Of a stretch of 52,053 nt of DNA, positions 1-10,045 are shown piece by piece. A program made the position numbers and the translations under genes. The stretch comes from Polyangiales bacterium (lineage in GTDB: Bacteria > Myxococcota_A > Polyangia > Polyangiales > Polyangiaceae): the NCBI GenBank assembly GCA_038231275.1, contig JBBRLQ010000045.1, forward strand, positions 1 through 52,053, given 5' to 3'. The notes under the pieces were generated by a model. That model worked only from the letters and a program-made list of their open reading frames with translations. It had not been told where the DNA came from and did no database searches. Numbering within the stretch: the first letter of the stretch is position 1; each line of letters begins with the position of its first letter.

Positions 1-899
1 ATCGCCTCGACGACCCGCGCCTCGAGGGCATGGGCAGCCTCCTCCCAGGTCGCGATCGTGACGGCGCCGGCTCCCGCGCGGAGAGCGCCAGCGGCGACCA
101 TGAGCGAAGCGCCGACCTTTCCAGGCGATCCCGCGAAGACGACGACGTGGCCGACCGAATGTTTGTGGGCGTCGGCGGGCCTTCGTCCCATCCACCGCGC
201 GACGTCGCCGCGCTCGACCACCTCTGCGGCGTGGCCCGTGTGGACGATGAGCGACGCCGGTACGCCGATGTCGACGACGTGCACGCGGCCGCAACGGCGC
301 GCGCCGCCGGGCGTGAGGATGCCGGTTTTGTAGTGGGCGAAGGTCACCGTCACGTCGGCGCGCACGGCGATGCCGAGCACCCGCCCCGTCTCCGCGTCGA
401 GCCCGCTCGGCAAATCCAGGGCGATCGTGCATGCCGGCGCGCTGTTGATCGCCTCGACGACGGCCGACAGCGGCGCGACGATGGCGCGATCGAGGCCGGT
501 GCCGAAGAGCGCGTCCACGACGACGCTCGCGGCGGTGAGCGCGTCCTCGAGCTCCTTCACGCCCTTCGCGGGATCGACGACGTGGACGTGACCGCCGACG
601 CCGAGCCACGCGTCGTGATTGCGACGTGCGTCCTCCGACAGGGCCGCGGTCGCACCGACCAGCCACGCGTCCACCTGAACGCCGCGCGCGAGGAGGTGCC
701 GCGCGACCACGAAGCCGTCGCCGCCGTTGTTCCCGGTGCCGCACACGATGACGACGCCGTGCGGCGCGGGCTCCTTCACGATCACGTCGGCGGCGCCGCG
801 GCCCGCGTTCTCCATCAAGACGATGCTCGGGACGTGGCACGACGTGATCGCGTGCGCATCGAACGCGCGCATCTGATCGCGCGAGAGGACGGGGATCAC
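1..899 (-). CDS. nnr: NAD(P)H-hydrate epimerase/dehydratase (YjeF/Nnr), partial, runs off window start
   Basis: Not in ORF track. Manual translation from GTG at 899 gives MIPVLSRDQMRAFD...LMENAGRG...IVCGTGNNGGDG (YjeF_N motifs). GTGA overlap with the acpS stop. Confidence 0.92.
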   Translation of the reverse strand, partial: MIPVLSRDQMRAFDAHAITSCHVPSIVLMENAGRGAADVIVKEPAPHGVVIVCGTGNNGGDGFVVARHLLARGVQVDAWLVGATAALSEDARRNHDAWLGVGGHVHVVDPAKGVKELEDALTAASVVVDALFGTGLDRAIVAPLSAVVEAINSAPACTIALDLPSGLDAETGRVLGIAVRADVTVTFAHYKTGILTPGGARRCGRVHVVDIGVPASLIVHTGHAAEVVERGDVARWMGRRPADAHKHSVGHVVVFAGSPGKVGASLMVAAGALRAGAGAVTIATWEEAAHALEARVVEA

Positions 900-1273
900 G
901 CGGGCGTCCCTTCGAGGACGACGGTCGCGACGGCGACGCCGGCGTCGTGGCTGATGGAGACGTGCCATCGCTCGGCGCCGAAGCGCGACACGGCTTCGGT
1001 CGCGGTGCCACGCAGCTCGAGCACCGGTCGCCCGCTGGGCAGGCGCCGCACCTCGACGTCGTGCCACGCCACGCCGCGCGCGCCGTCGAGCGCCTTGGCG
1101 AACGCCTCTTTGGCGGCGAAGCGCCCGGCCAGCGCGGTCGCCTGATCGCGCCCCTCCAGGTCCTTTCGCTCGCGCTCGCTGCAAATGCGCGCGAAGAAGC
1201 GCTCGCCGTGACGCTCCAGCGCCCGCTTCATGCGCTCGATCGAGCAGACGTCGACTCCGATCCCCACGATCAT
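896..1273 (-). CDS. acpS: holo-[acyl-carrier-protein] synthase
   Basis: MIVGIGVDV...LAGRFAAKEAFAKAL...W.DVEV...SGRP...VSISHD motifs; start reassigned to ATG 1273. Confidence 0.95.
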   Translation of the reverse strand: MIVGIGVDVCSIERMKRALERHGERFFARICSERERKDLEGRDQATALAGRFAAKEAFAKALDGARGVAWHDVEVRRLPSGRPVLELRGTATEAVSRFGAERWHVSISHDAGVAVATVVLEGTPA

Positions 1274-1324
1274 CTGAGGTCGAGGGTACACGACACGGCC
1301 CGCAGGCGTTAAGCTCGCCGCGAC

Positions 1325-2056
<732 letters not shown>

Positions 2057-2084
2057 AGCAGAAGCCGCTTGGTGGCTTCTCGGA

Positions 2085-5000
2085 TCAGTCGTCGCCGCCG
2101 CCCGGCGTGGCTTCGCCGAGCTCTTCGTCGGTCTTCGGAGTGCTGAGGAGCTCGCCCTGCGGGCCATCGCGGCGGATGATGAACATCTTGCGGCCGACCG
2201 TGTCGGGGTTCTCGCGCGCCATGACGGTGACGACGTTGACGCCCGGACGGAGCGGCAAATCGGCTTCGAACGGCATCTTCTTCGGGTCCTGCCCGTTGCG
2301 ATTCGAGCGGTAGAAGACCTTGCGCGAGCCGACGAAGATGTACCCGTCGAGGAGGCGATCGCCGTCGCTCGCTGTCCCCTTCAAGATCATGTGCGAGTCC
2401 TTCGTGGTGAGCGCGACCGCCGAGATCTCGATCTGCGGCGGCTGACGGGCGAACACGTCCTCGAGCGTGACGGGGCCCGCGGTGCCGCCCGGATCGAGCT
2501 CCGCCGTGCGCGCGAAGGCGAAGCGGCCGTTCTCGATCGTCACCTTCGTGAAGCCGCTCGTCGTCGTCGCCGTCGAGACGACCCCCGCACCGGGCGGGAG
2601 CCGCGCGAACGTGCGTGCCGACGCGTCGGGCGCCTCGAACAGGCTCGCGCCGCCGGCCTTTGCGCGCACCACGCCCGAGACAGGAGTGAGCTCCGCGGGC
2701 GCGGCGAGCGGCATCTTGATCTTCTCGACGACGCTTTCGCGCAAATCGCGATCGGAGATCGACACCTCGACCTTCGCTTCTGGATCGGCGAGCTGCTGCT
2801 CCACGTCGAACGTGAACGACACCTTCTTGCTCTCGCCGGGCTGCATGTTGGACACGTCGAAGCGCCCCTCGTGGAGGAGGAGGCCGTCGCCCGACAGGTT
2901 CCGCAGGTTGGCCTGCGTCTCGTACGAGCGGCCGCGTCCGACGTTCTTCACCGTCAGGTAGAGCGTGAGGTTCTCGCCCTTCTGGACGCGCCCGTCGCCG
3001 TTGCCCTTGCGGTTGTCGACGAGCTGGTAGCTGTAGGCGAAGATCGGGCGCTCAATAGACTTGATGGCGACGCGCGTCTCGGCGTCGGCGGGAGCGCGCC
3101 CGCGGGCCTCTTCGAAATGGAGCTTGATGCCGTCGGCGCGCATCAAGGCGTCGCGCGGGACGCGGCAGACGCGCGGGGCGTCTTTGGGGAGCGGCGCGGT
3201 GCTGCCGATCTTGTGGCCTTCGATCTCGCACCAGCCGAGCGGCGCCGTCGCCGTCTTGCTCTTGCCGGGCTCGAGCTTGCCGATGATGAGCTCCTTGTTG
3301 TCGAACATCGGGTTGTCGCTCTTCGTCACCGCGTAGAGGCGGTAGAGCGTCGTCGTCCCCTTGTTCGTCACGGTCGCCTTGAGGGTGACCTGATCGCCGG
3401 CCTGGACCTCGTTCTGGGCTTTGTCGGTCTCGAGCTTCACCTCGACGCCCTGCGGAGCCTGGGGACCGGGCAACTGCGCCACGTCGCCCGGCGCGTCCAC
3501 CCAATCGACGCCCATGGCGTGGAGATCGGCAGCGGTCTTCGCGAGCTCGGCGACGCGCGTGTCGGCGATGATCTGTTTGGCCTGGCGGAGCTGATCGGGG
3601 CGCTTGCCCGGCTGAAGCTTCGAGACGACGTCGCGCCCGAACTTGATCGGGAAATCCATCGCGAAGATCTCGTCCGGATCGCCGCCGCGCTCGCGCAGCT
3701 CCTGGCGATCTTTGCTCTGCAAATTGTAGCGCACGGTGTCGAGCGGCCGCTGACCCTCGCGGGCGCGCGCGTTCGAGAGCGAGCGCGAGAGATCCCGCTC
3801 CTTGAGCGAGCCCGTGTCCACAGTGAGATCCATCTCCTGTCCGTCCACGGTCATCGGATCGAGCTCGATGTCGGGCGTGACGCCGGTGCCCTGGATCGAG
3901 ATGTCGCCCGGCTCGGTGAGGTACTGCGCGATCGTGAGCTTGAGGGCCGCCTTGTCGGGCAGATCCGTGAAGACGAGCTGGACACTGCCCTTGCCGAACG
4001 TGGTCTCGCCGATGACCACGGCGCGGTCGTGGTTCTTCATCGCACCCGCGACGATCTCGCTCGCGCTGGCCGAGGATCCGTTCACGAGGAGCGCGATGGG
4101 GTAGTTCGGCTCGGTGCCGTCCTGGTGCGCCGTCTTCTCCTCGCGTCCCTCGCTCGGGTTGCCGACCGTCGCGACGATCGGGCCGTCGGCGATGAACTTG
4201 TCGGCGACGCGCGCCGCCTGATCGAGGAGGCCTCCGGGGTTGCCGCGCAGATCGAGGACGAGCCCCTTCAGCTCGCCATTTTTCCGTAGGTCCGTGAGCG
4301 CCGCGTCGAGATCCGACGACGTGTTCGCCTGGAACTGCTTCAAGCGCACGTACCCGACGTTGCCCTCGAGCATGCGGTGCTCGACGCTCGCGACCTTGAT
4401 CGTCTCGCGCACGAGCTCGAACTGGCGGCTGCCCTGCCAGCCGTCGGCCCCGTCGCGATGCACGAAGACGGTCACCTTCGTGCCCGGCGCGCCGCGCAGG
4501 TGGTTCACGGCCTCGTTGAGGCCCATGTTGAGCGTCGACTCGTTGTTGATCTTGGTGATGCGATCGTACTTCTTCACGCCCGCGCGGCCGGCCGGCGTGC
4601 CCGGCACCGGGTTGATGACCGTGAGCTGCTGATCGCGGATCGAGATGACGATGCCGAGGCCGCCGAACTGGCCGCTCGTCGACAGATTCATCTCTTTGTA
4701 CGCCTCGGGCGAGAGAAGTACCGAGTGCGGATCCAGCGTGTGCAGCATGCCGTTGCAGGCGGCGTACTCGACCTCGCGGAGATCGACCTCGGTCCCCTTC
4801 AAGCCCTCTTGCACGAAGGCGAACACCTCACGGAGGCGCGCCGAGACGTCCCACGGGCCGAGCACGTTGTCGACGCGGAACTCTTTCTCCTGCGTGTCGA
4901 CGCGGATCTTCACGGTCGGCGCGTCGCCCTCGTGGAGAACGATGACCTGCGCGACGTCGCGCTGAACGTAGTTGAGCGCGGAGAGGAGCATGTCCTTCGG

Positions 5001-5240
5001 CTTCACGCGCTTCGGGTCGACGTAGCGATCGCGCACCGTCTTCAGCACTTCGTTGACGACCTTCAGCTGCGTGAGGTCGTACGCCGCGGGCGTGTGCCCG
5101 GTCGTCGCGTTGTTCGCCGCGTTCGCGGGCGCGAGGCCGCGCCATAGGCCGCCTCCATGGAGCTGCAACGCGAGGTACGTGGCGATGCCGAACGCTCCGA
5201 AGAGCGCGGAGACCTTGGCGAGCTTGGGCAGGATGCGCAT
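2085..5240 (-). CDS. S41-family carboxyl-terminal processing protease with PDZ and C-terminal Ig/CARDB-like domains (myxobacterial long form)
   Basis: LDPHS, FGGLGI (PDZ), LDLRGNPGG, SASASE (catalytic Ser), TFGKGSVQ (catalytic Lys); N-terminal hydrophobic anchor; start ATG 5240. Confidence 0.9.
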   Translation of the reverse strand: MRILPKLAKVSALFGAFGIATYLALQLHGGGLWRGLAPANAANNATTGHTPAAYDLTQLKVVNEVLKTVRDRYVDPKRVKPKDMLLSALNYVQRDVAQVIVLHEGDAPTVKIRVDTQEKEFRVDNVLGPWDVSARLREVFAFVQEGLKGTEVDLREVEYAACNGMLHTLDPHSVLLSPEAYKEMNLSTSGQFGGLGIVISIRDQQLTVINPVPGTPAGRAGVKKYDRITKINNESTLNMGLNEAVNHLRGAPGTKVTVFVHRDGADGWQGSRQFELVRETIKVASVEHRMLEGNVGYVRLKQFQANTSSDLDAALTDLRKNGELKGLVLDLRGNPGGLLDQAARVADKFIADGPIVATVGNPSEGREEKTAHQDGTEPNYPIALLVNGSSASASEIVAGAMKNHDRAVVIGETTFGKGSVQLVFTDLPDKAALKLTIAQYLTEPGDISIQGTGVTPDIELDPMTVDGQEMDLTVDTGSLKERDLSRSLSNARAREGQRPLDTVRYNLQSKDRQELRERGGDPDEIFAMDFPIKFGRDVVSKLQPGKRPDQLRQAKQIIADTRVAELAKTAADLHAMGVDWVDAPGDVAQLPGPQAPQGVEVKLETDKAQNEVQAGDQVTLKATVTNKGTTTLYRLYAVTKSDNPMFDNKELIIGKLEPGKSKTATAPLGWCEIEGHKIGSTAPLPKDAPRVCRVPRDALMRADGIKLHFEEARGRAPADAETRVAIKSIERPIFAYSYQLVDNRKGNGDGRVQKGENLTLYLTVKNVGRGRSYETQANLRNLSGDGLLLHEGRFDVSNMQPGESKKVSFTFDVEQQLADPEAKVEVSISDRDLRESVVEKIKMPLAAPAELTPVSGVVRAKAGGASLFEAPDASARTFARLPPGAGVVSTATTTSGFTKVTIENGRFAFARTAELDPGGTAGPVTLEDVFARQPPQIEISAVALTTKDSHMILKGTASDGDRLLDGYIFVGSRKVFYRSNRNGQDPKKMPFEADLPLRPGVNVVTVMARENPDTVGRKMFIIRRDGPQGELLSTPKTDEELGEATPGGGDD

Positions 5241-5501
5241 CGGGGTGGAGTATAGACGCGCGAGATGCCCAAACGGCCGACGCGAGATTGGTTTTTTCCG
5301 CCGGCCTGCCCACACGCCCCTCTACGAAAAACAGTACCTGCTACGCATTTATTTCAAGGCTTGGACGCCGGTGCTTGGCGCTGCGTATACTCAAGAGTAA
5401 GGGGTCTTCGCGCCAGAGCTGCCGGCGCGCCGCGTGCATGCCAAAGCACGCGCGCCCCTCTCGTCGTATGGGCTTGCCTGGTTTGCGGAGGGTCCAAGAA
5501 C

Positions 5502-7208
5502 ATGAAGTGGTCGTGGCTCCTCGTGACGGGTCTCTTGCTCAGCGTCGCCGCGTTCGTGGCGTACGGATGCGGAACCGACAGGCTCGGTACGCCCGAGGGC
5601 GCCGCGATCGGAACGCCGACGCCGGGCGCGGGGTGCAGCGACGGCCAGGTTCGCGACTGCCACCGCCTCCTCAGTGAGCACGGCAGCGTCCGCACGTGCA
5701 CCAACGGGACGCAGGCGTGCAAAGCCGGCGCCTGGACCGAGTGCGGCGGAACCAACCAGAGCATCAGCACGCTCGCCCTACCGCCGGGCGCGCATTTCCT
5801 CGCGAGCGCGCAGCTGAAGGTCGCGGGCCTCAGCACGGCGTCCCTCAGCTTGCCGTCGCCCGAGGGCGGCATCTGCCTCGCCGACCCGTGCGATCCGTAC
5901 TGCATGGCCTTCGACGAGTGCGACGGCGGCGCAACGTGCACCATCGCCGCCGAGGGCGGACCGCCGCCCAATCTGCAGGGAAATCCGGGGAATCCCGGCG
6001 TTCCGCCTGTGCAGCTGGGCAATCTCTTCCAGGACAGGACGTACGCCGGAGACCGCTGCGACGACGACCCGATGTACTCGCATTGTCAGGCGGACACGTT
6101 CTGCTTTCCGGATCGCGACCGCTTCGCCGCCGGCAACGACATCACCAACGTAGCGACCTCCCCCGTCGTTCCCAACCCCAACTACGAGAGTTGCACGCAC
6201 TTCCAGAGCGGCAACCACTACACGGCGACCGCGTGCGCGGGTGTCGATTTGACGGTGCAGTCCGGATGCTCGGCGACCGGGACGGTGCCTCCTGGTGTGC
6301 CGACGGGCGACTCGGTCGTCGCGGTGTGCAACCGCGGCAGCGTGGCGATGGCGGCCACGCCCGGCGTCGGTCTCACGTTCACGACTCCCGCCTTATCCGG
6401 CCTACCGCGTGACGTTCCTCCCTCCGCGTGCTTCACGAGCACGACCCCAACCTGCACCGTGAACCTGCCCGCCCTGAACCCCGGCGAGTGCTACGGCGTC
6501 GACCTCGGCGCCACCACGTGCGGCAACCAGACCGGCATCGGGTACTACTCGGTCAATCAAAACGGAGTGGTCGCCGAATGCATGCTCTCCGCACCCTTCC
6601 TGAGGTTTGCGCAGAGCCCCCAGCTGGGCTGCGCGGAGAACTGGGCCGCGCAGGACTTTTCGTCGGCCCCCGCGTGCACGGCGTACGGCTCGCCCTCGCC
6701 GGGTGTGGCCGTCCAGAGCCAGTATTACACGGCGACTTGCGCGAATCCGTCGACGTCGCCGCAATGGACGCTCCTCACGTATGACACCGGCGGGCCCTCC
6801 ACGGCGTTCTCCAACGCGAGCGGAAGCGGCGAGGTGATCATCCAGGCGTCGACGGCGCCGGGCCTGCCGAACGACGGCGGTCCGGGAACGTATGGCACCA
6901 TCGTGCCCGTCGCCGACGCGTGCGACGCGACGAAACTGAACTGCGTCGCGAGCGTCAGCCCTCCGCCTACGAAGGGCGATCCGGGACAGTGCTCGATGAC
7001 GGGCCCCTTCGGCTGCTCGTCCGTCCCCGACGCGGCGGGCCCCTACGGTCCGTGCTGCCCCAAGTCGCTCTACGATGCGCTCGGCAGCGTCGACGCGAAC
7101 AACCCGTACTTGAAGCTCGACTTCACCGTGAAGACGACGCCCGACGGAGCCCTCTCGCCGACGCTGCAGGCCTGGCAAGTCGCGTACACGTGCGTGCCCA
7201 ACAAGTGA
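5502..7208 (+). CDS. Cys-rich secreted lipoprotein, head/tail family member P1
   Basis: Signal peptide ending AYG-C; head CTNGTQACKAGAWTEC...DPCDPYC; CARDB-like VCNRG segment; tail SPTLQAWQVAYTCVP; GGAGG upstream of ATG 5502. Confidence 0.85.
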   Translation: MKWSWLLVTGLLLSVAAFVAYGCGTDRLGTPEGAAIGTPTPGAGCSDGQVRDCHRLLSEHGSVRTCTNGTQACKAGAWTECGGTNQSISTLALPPGAHFLASAQLKVAGLSTASLSLPSPEGGICLADPCDPYCMAFDECDGGATCTIAAEGGPPPNLQGNPGNPGVPPVQLGNLFQDRTYAGDRCDDDPMYSHCQADTFCFPDRDRFAAGNDITNVATSPVVPNPNYESCTHFQSGNHYTATACAGVDLTVQSGCSATGTVPPGVPTGDSVVAVCNRGSVAMAATPGVGLTFTTPALSGLPRDVPPSACFTSTTPTCTVNLPALNPGECYGVDLGATTCGNQTGIGYYSVNQNGVVAECMLSAPFLRFAQSPQLGCAENWAAQDFSSAPACTAYGSPSPGVAVQSQYYTATCANPSTSPQWTLLTYDTGGPSTAFSNASGSGEVIIQASTAPGLPNDGGPGTYGTIVPVADACDATKLNCVASVSPPPTKGDPGQCSMTGPFGCSSVPDAAGPYGPCCPKSLYDALGSVDANNPYLKLDFTVKTTPDGALSPTLQAWQVAYTCVPNK

Positions 7209-7269
7209 TCGCGTGATCGGGTGAAGGTTCTCGCCCGCGCGGGCGGGGTGCTGCGATACTCGGGTACGC

Positions 7270-8175
7270 GTGAGCACGACGTCCGCAGCCCGCTGGCCTG
7301 AGCGCGTATTTCGCCTCGTCGACGACGCGGGCGCGAGCGGCGGGGACGAATCGGATCTCGAGGCGCGCGTCGGGATCGTCCGCGCGTTCTTGATGGTGCA
7401 CCTCGCCGCGCGCGCGTGGGTCGTCCTCGGTCCCTCGTCGGAGGCGTGGGAGTCCGGCTTCGCTGTGGCGATGACGGCAGCGGCGGTGGCCAGCTTTCTC
7501 CCGCTGCTCGCGCGCGCGGCGGTGGCCTTCGCGGCGGCGCTCATGCTCGGGATCGTCGTGAGACGAATGCCGATCACCGCGAACCACGAGTTCCTCGAGC
7601 TCTTCCTCGTTGCGCTTCTGGCGTTTTGCGACGTGCGTATCACGGCCGAGCGGGCGTTGTTCGTGCGCACGGCGCGCTGGCTGACGGTGCTCGTCCTCTT
7701 TTGGTCGGGCGCGCAAAAGATCCTTTTCGGGACGTATTTCCACGGCGAATACCTGTCGTTCTGCGTGGCGGCCTACGAGCCTTTTCGAGACACGCTCGGC
7801 AAGCTCCTCCCCGACGCCGAGGTCGCGCGCCTCGCGAGCATCGATCCGCAAGGGACGCCTTCGGGTCCGTTCCGCGCGACCGCGCCGCTCTTTCTCCTCG
7901 CGTCGAACGGCGCGTACTTCGGCGAAATCGGTCTCTCGCTCTCGCTGCTCGCCCGACGCACGCGCGCGCGGGCCGCCGTCGCGATGATGGGCCTCATTCT
8001 CCTCATCGAGATCGCGGCGCGCGAGGTGTTCTTCGGCGGTCTCGCGTTCTTGATGCTGCTCCTCTTCGTGTCGCCGCGCATCGGTCGGCGCGTGCTGCCG
8101 CTCGTCCTGGTGCTCTACGCCGCCGCCCTCCTCAGCCACGTCGGGATCCTCCCGGACTGGACGTACAAGCCGTGA
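7270..8175 (+). CDS. multi-pass membrane protein, HTTM/vitamin-K-dependent carboxylase-like
   Basis: About 7-8 hydrophobic segments; ANHEFL, VLFWSGAQKI..G.YFHGEYL and GEIGL...L....TR patterns resemble HTTM motifs (judged by eye). Confidence 0.65.
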   Translation: MSTTSAARWPERVFRLVDDAGASGGDESDLEARVGIVRAFLMVHLAARAWVVLGPSSEAWESGFAVAMTAAAVASFLPLLARAAVAFAAALMLGIVVRRMPITANHEFLELFLVALLAFCDVRITAERALFVRTARWLTVLVLFWSGAQKILFGTYFHGEYLSFCVAAYEPFRDTLGKLLPDAEVARLASIDPQGTPSGPFRATAPLFLLASNGAYFGEIGLSLSLLARRTRARAAVAMMGLILLIEIAAREVFFGGLAFLMLLLFVSPRIGRRVLPLVLVLYAAALLSHVGILPDWTYKP

Positions 8176-8606
8176 CGCCGTCGCACGAGCGGACCGCCGC
8201 GGGCACGACGCTCACGAAGACGCGCGTCCTGATGGCGCTGCTCGCGTGCTTCGCGGTGTGGCCACTCGTCCAACACGCGCTGGTCCTCGCCTACGACGTG
8301 AGCCCTTGGCACTACTGTGGGTTTGCAATGTATTGCGTCCCGCGGCCGCGCCTGAAGGTCGACGTCGAGAGCGACGGACGGCCCATGGATGCCCGAATCC
8401 GGCCGCGCATCATGCCATGGCTCGTCGCGTACGCCGATCGGCGCCAGGCGATGGGCGAGCTCGCCGCGCCCGACTCGGTGGCGCGTGCGGTCTTCGCAGT
8501 GGCCCCCGACCTCACATCGTTCGACATCGTCGTGACGACCTTTGCGTTCGCGCCCGCGTCCGCGAGCTTCGAGAGAAAAGAGCGCCGGTACTCCTACAAG
8601 AGGTGA
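8172..8606 (+). CDS. small membrane-anchored partner of the HTTM-like protein
   Basis: GTGA overlap with the upstream stop; one N-terminal hydrophobic helix followed by SPWHYCGFAMYC. Confidence 0.7.
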   Translation: MTPSHERTAAGTTLTKTRVLMALLACFAVWPLVQHALVLAYDVSPWHYCGFAMYCVPRPRLKVDVESDGRPMDARIRPRIMPWLVAYADRRQAMGELAAPDSVARAVFAVAPDLTSFDIVVTTFAFAPASASFERKERRYSYKR

Positions 8607-8673
8607 CTCATCTTTGGCCATTCATCGCTCGAAGCTTGCGCTTCGCGGCCGTTCTGGAAGTAGAATGGGTGTA

Positions 8674-9423
8674 ATGGGTCACTTGCCTTCAGTGCGTGCG
8701 GTTCTCCTCGCGGGGCCGACGCTGCTCATGGTGAGCGCGGGGGCGTGCAGCACCTCGAGCCATCCGCCGAGCGCCGGTGACGGCACGGGCGCGTCGTCGG
8801 GCGTCGCCTCGTCGAACGGCAGCACGGGCGCGAGCGGAACCAGCGGCGCCAGTGGGACGAGCGGCGCCAGCGGAACGAGTGGAACGAGTGGCGCCAGCGG
8901 AACCAGCGGTTCGAGCGGAAGCAGCGGCGCCAGCGGAACGAGCGGAACGAGTGGAAGCAGCGGAACCAGCGGTTCGAGCGGAAGCAGTGGAAGCAGCGGC
9001 TCGAGCGGAGGCGCGTGCTCGCCGGCCACGACGAAGCAGGGCACCATGGTTTGGCAAAACCAGGTCGCGGCGGCGGCGCCCATCCCCGCAGGCGGAACGA
9101 TCACCGCGGGCAAGTACCTCCTCACGAAGAACGAGCTCTATACAGGCGTGGGCGGCGCGACCGGACAGGTCGACGAGTACGACAACGAGACGCTCGTCAT
9201 CGGCGCGAACACCGCGGACGCCTTCTACGAATGGGGCCGGGCGAATGGCCCGCGCGTGAGCCAGGCGGAGAACCGCACCTTCGTCACCAACGGCTCGGAC
9301 ATCACGTTCACCGTCAAGTGCCCCGCCGGCGTCTCGGGCATCGCTGCCGGCTACACCGCGGAGGCCACCAAGCTCGTGCTCGTCGTCGGCACCGCCCGCG
9401 TTCTCACCTACACCCACCAATAG
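8674..9423 (+). CDS. lipoprotein with (SGx)n linker and C-terminal beta domain
   Basis: Signal ending AGA-C; SGT/SGA/SGS linker; domain PIPAGG...GKYLLT...CP...YTHQ is paralogous to 10046..10771. Alternative start 8665. Confidence 0.8.
   Translation: MGHLPSVRAVLLAGPTLLMVSAGACSTSSHPPSAGDGTGASSGVASSNGSTGASGTSGASGTSGASGTSGTSGASGTSGSSGSSGASGTSGTSGSSGTSGSSGSSGSSGSSGGACSPATTKQGTMVWQNQVAAAAPIPAGGTITAGKYLLTKNELYTGVGGATGQVDEYDNETLVIGANTADAFYEWGRANGPRVSQAENRTFVTNGSDITFTVKCPAGVSGIAAGYTAEATKLVLVVGTARVLTYTHQ
8833..9012 (+). repeat. imperfect 9-bp tandem repeat encoding (Ser-Gly-X)x20
   Basis: agcggaacc / agcggcgcc / agcggaagc / agcggttcg units in frame. Confidence 0.9.
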
Positions 9424-9519
9424 AAAGAAGACGGACGCCACCGACATTCGAACTGTTTCACCAATGACCAACTCAAAGGCGCCCAACAAGCGCCGTTCCC
9501 CTTCAAGGAGGAGCATCCC

Positions 9520-9975
9520 ATGGTTCAAAATTCGGTCCGCGCGCTTCTGTCTGCCGCTCTTCTCATCATCCCCGCCCTCAGCCTGATGGCCTGCTCGGCT
9601 GGCGCTGATTCCGGCCCTGCCGGCGCGGCGAACACGGACATTCCCCCGAGCGAGGTCGGCCCGACCAGCAACCCCAACGCGTGCACGACCGAAGGCGCCG
9701 TGGCCGCGTGCGCCTCCACCGAGGGCAGCGAGAGCGGCGGCATGATCCTCTGCGCGCCCGGCACGAGGACGTGCGGCGGCGGCGTCTGGTCGGCCTGCAC
9801 GGCGGCTGCCGGCGTGGTCCACGACTGGTTCCCGGCGACGTCGCCGTGCGATCCCTGCGCGCACGAGGGCGAGGCCCGCACCTGCAAGATCCCGCTCCCG
9901 AACCAAGGCGCGACGCACGCGTGCGCGACCGGCCACGAGACGTGCACGAACGGCTACTGGGGCAAGTGCCTCTAA
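9520..9975 (+). CDS. small Cys-rich lipoprotein with two copies of the head module (P4)
   Basis: AAGGAGG RBS; LMA-C lipobox; CAPGTRTCGGGVWSAC and CATGHETCTNGYWGKC, with SPCDPC between them. Confidence 0.85.
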   Translation: MVQNSVRALLSAALLIIPALSLMACSAGADSGPAGAANTDIPPSEVGPTSNPNACTTEGAVAACASTEGSESGGMILCAPGTRTCGGGVWSACTAAAGVVHDWFPATSPCDPCAHEGEARTCKIPLPNQGATHACATGHETCTNGYWGKCL

Positions 9976-10045
9976 GATCAGAGTTGGCGACGTGTGAACG
10001 CCGGGGAATCGCCGGCTCGCTTCGGTCGATGCTAGACTCGATAGG

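Noticed and set aside
30..1145. 371-aa plus-strand ORF and other long ORFs such as 2391..4289+, 20368..22647+, 29071..31479+, 31856..33913+, 36922..38862+
   Set aside because: Antisense or alternate-frame shadows of well-supported genes; Arg/Ala-rich with no motifs, as expected in high-GC DNA.
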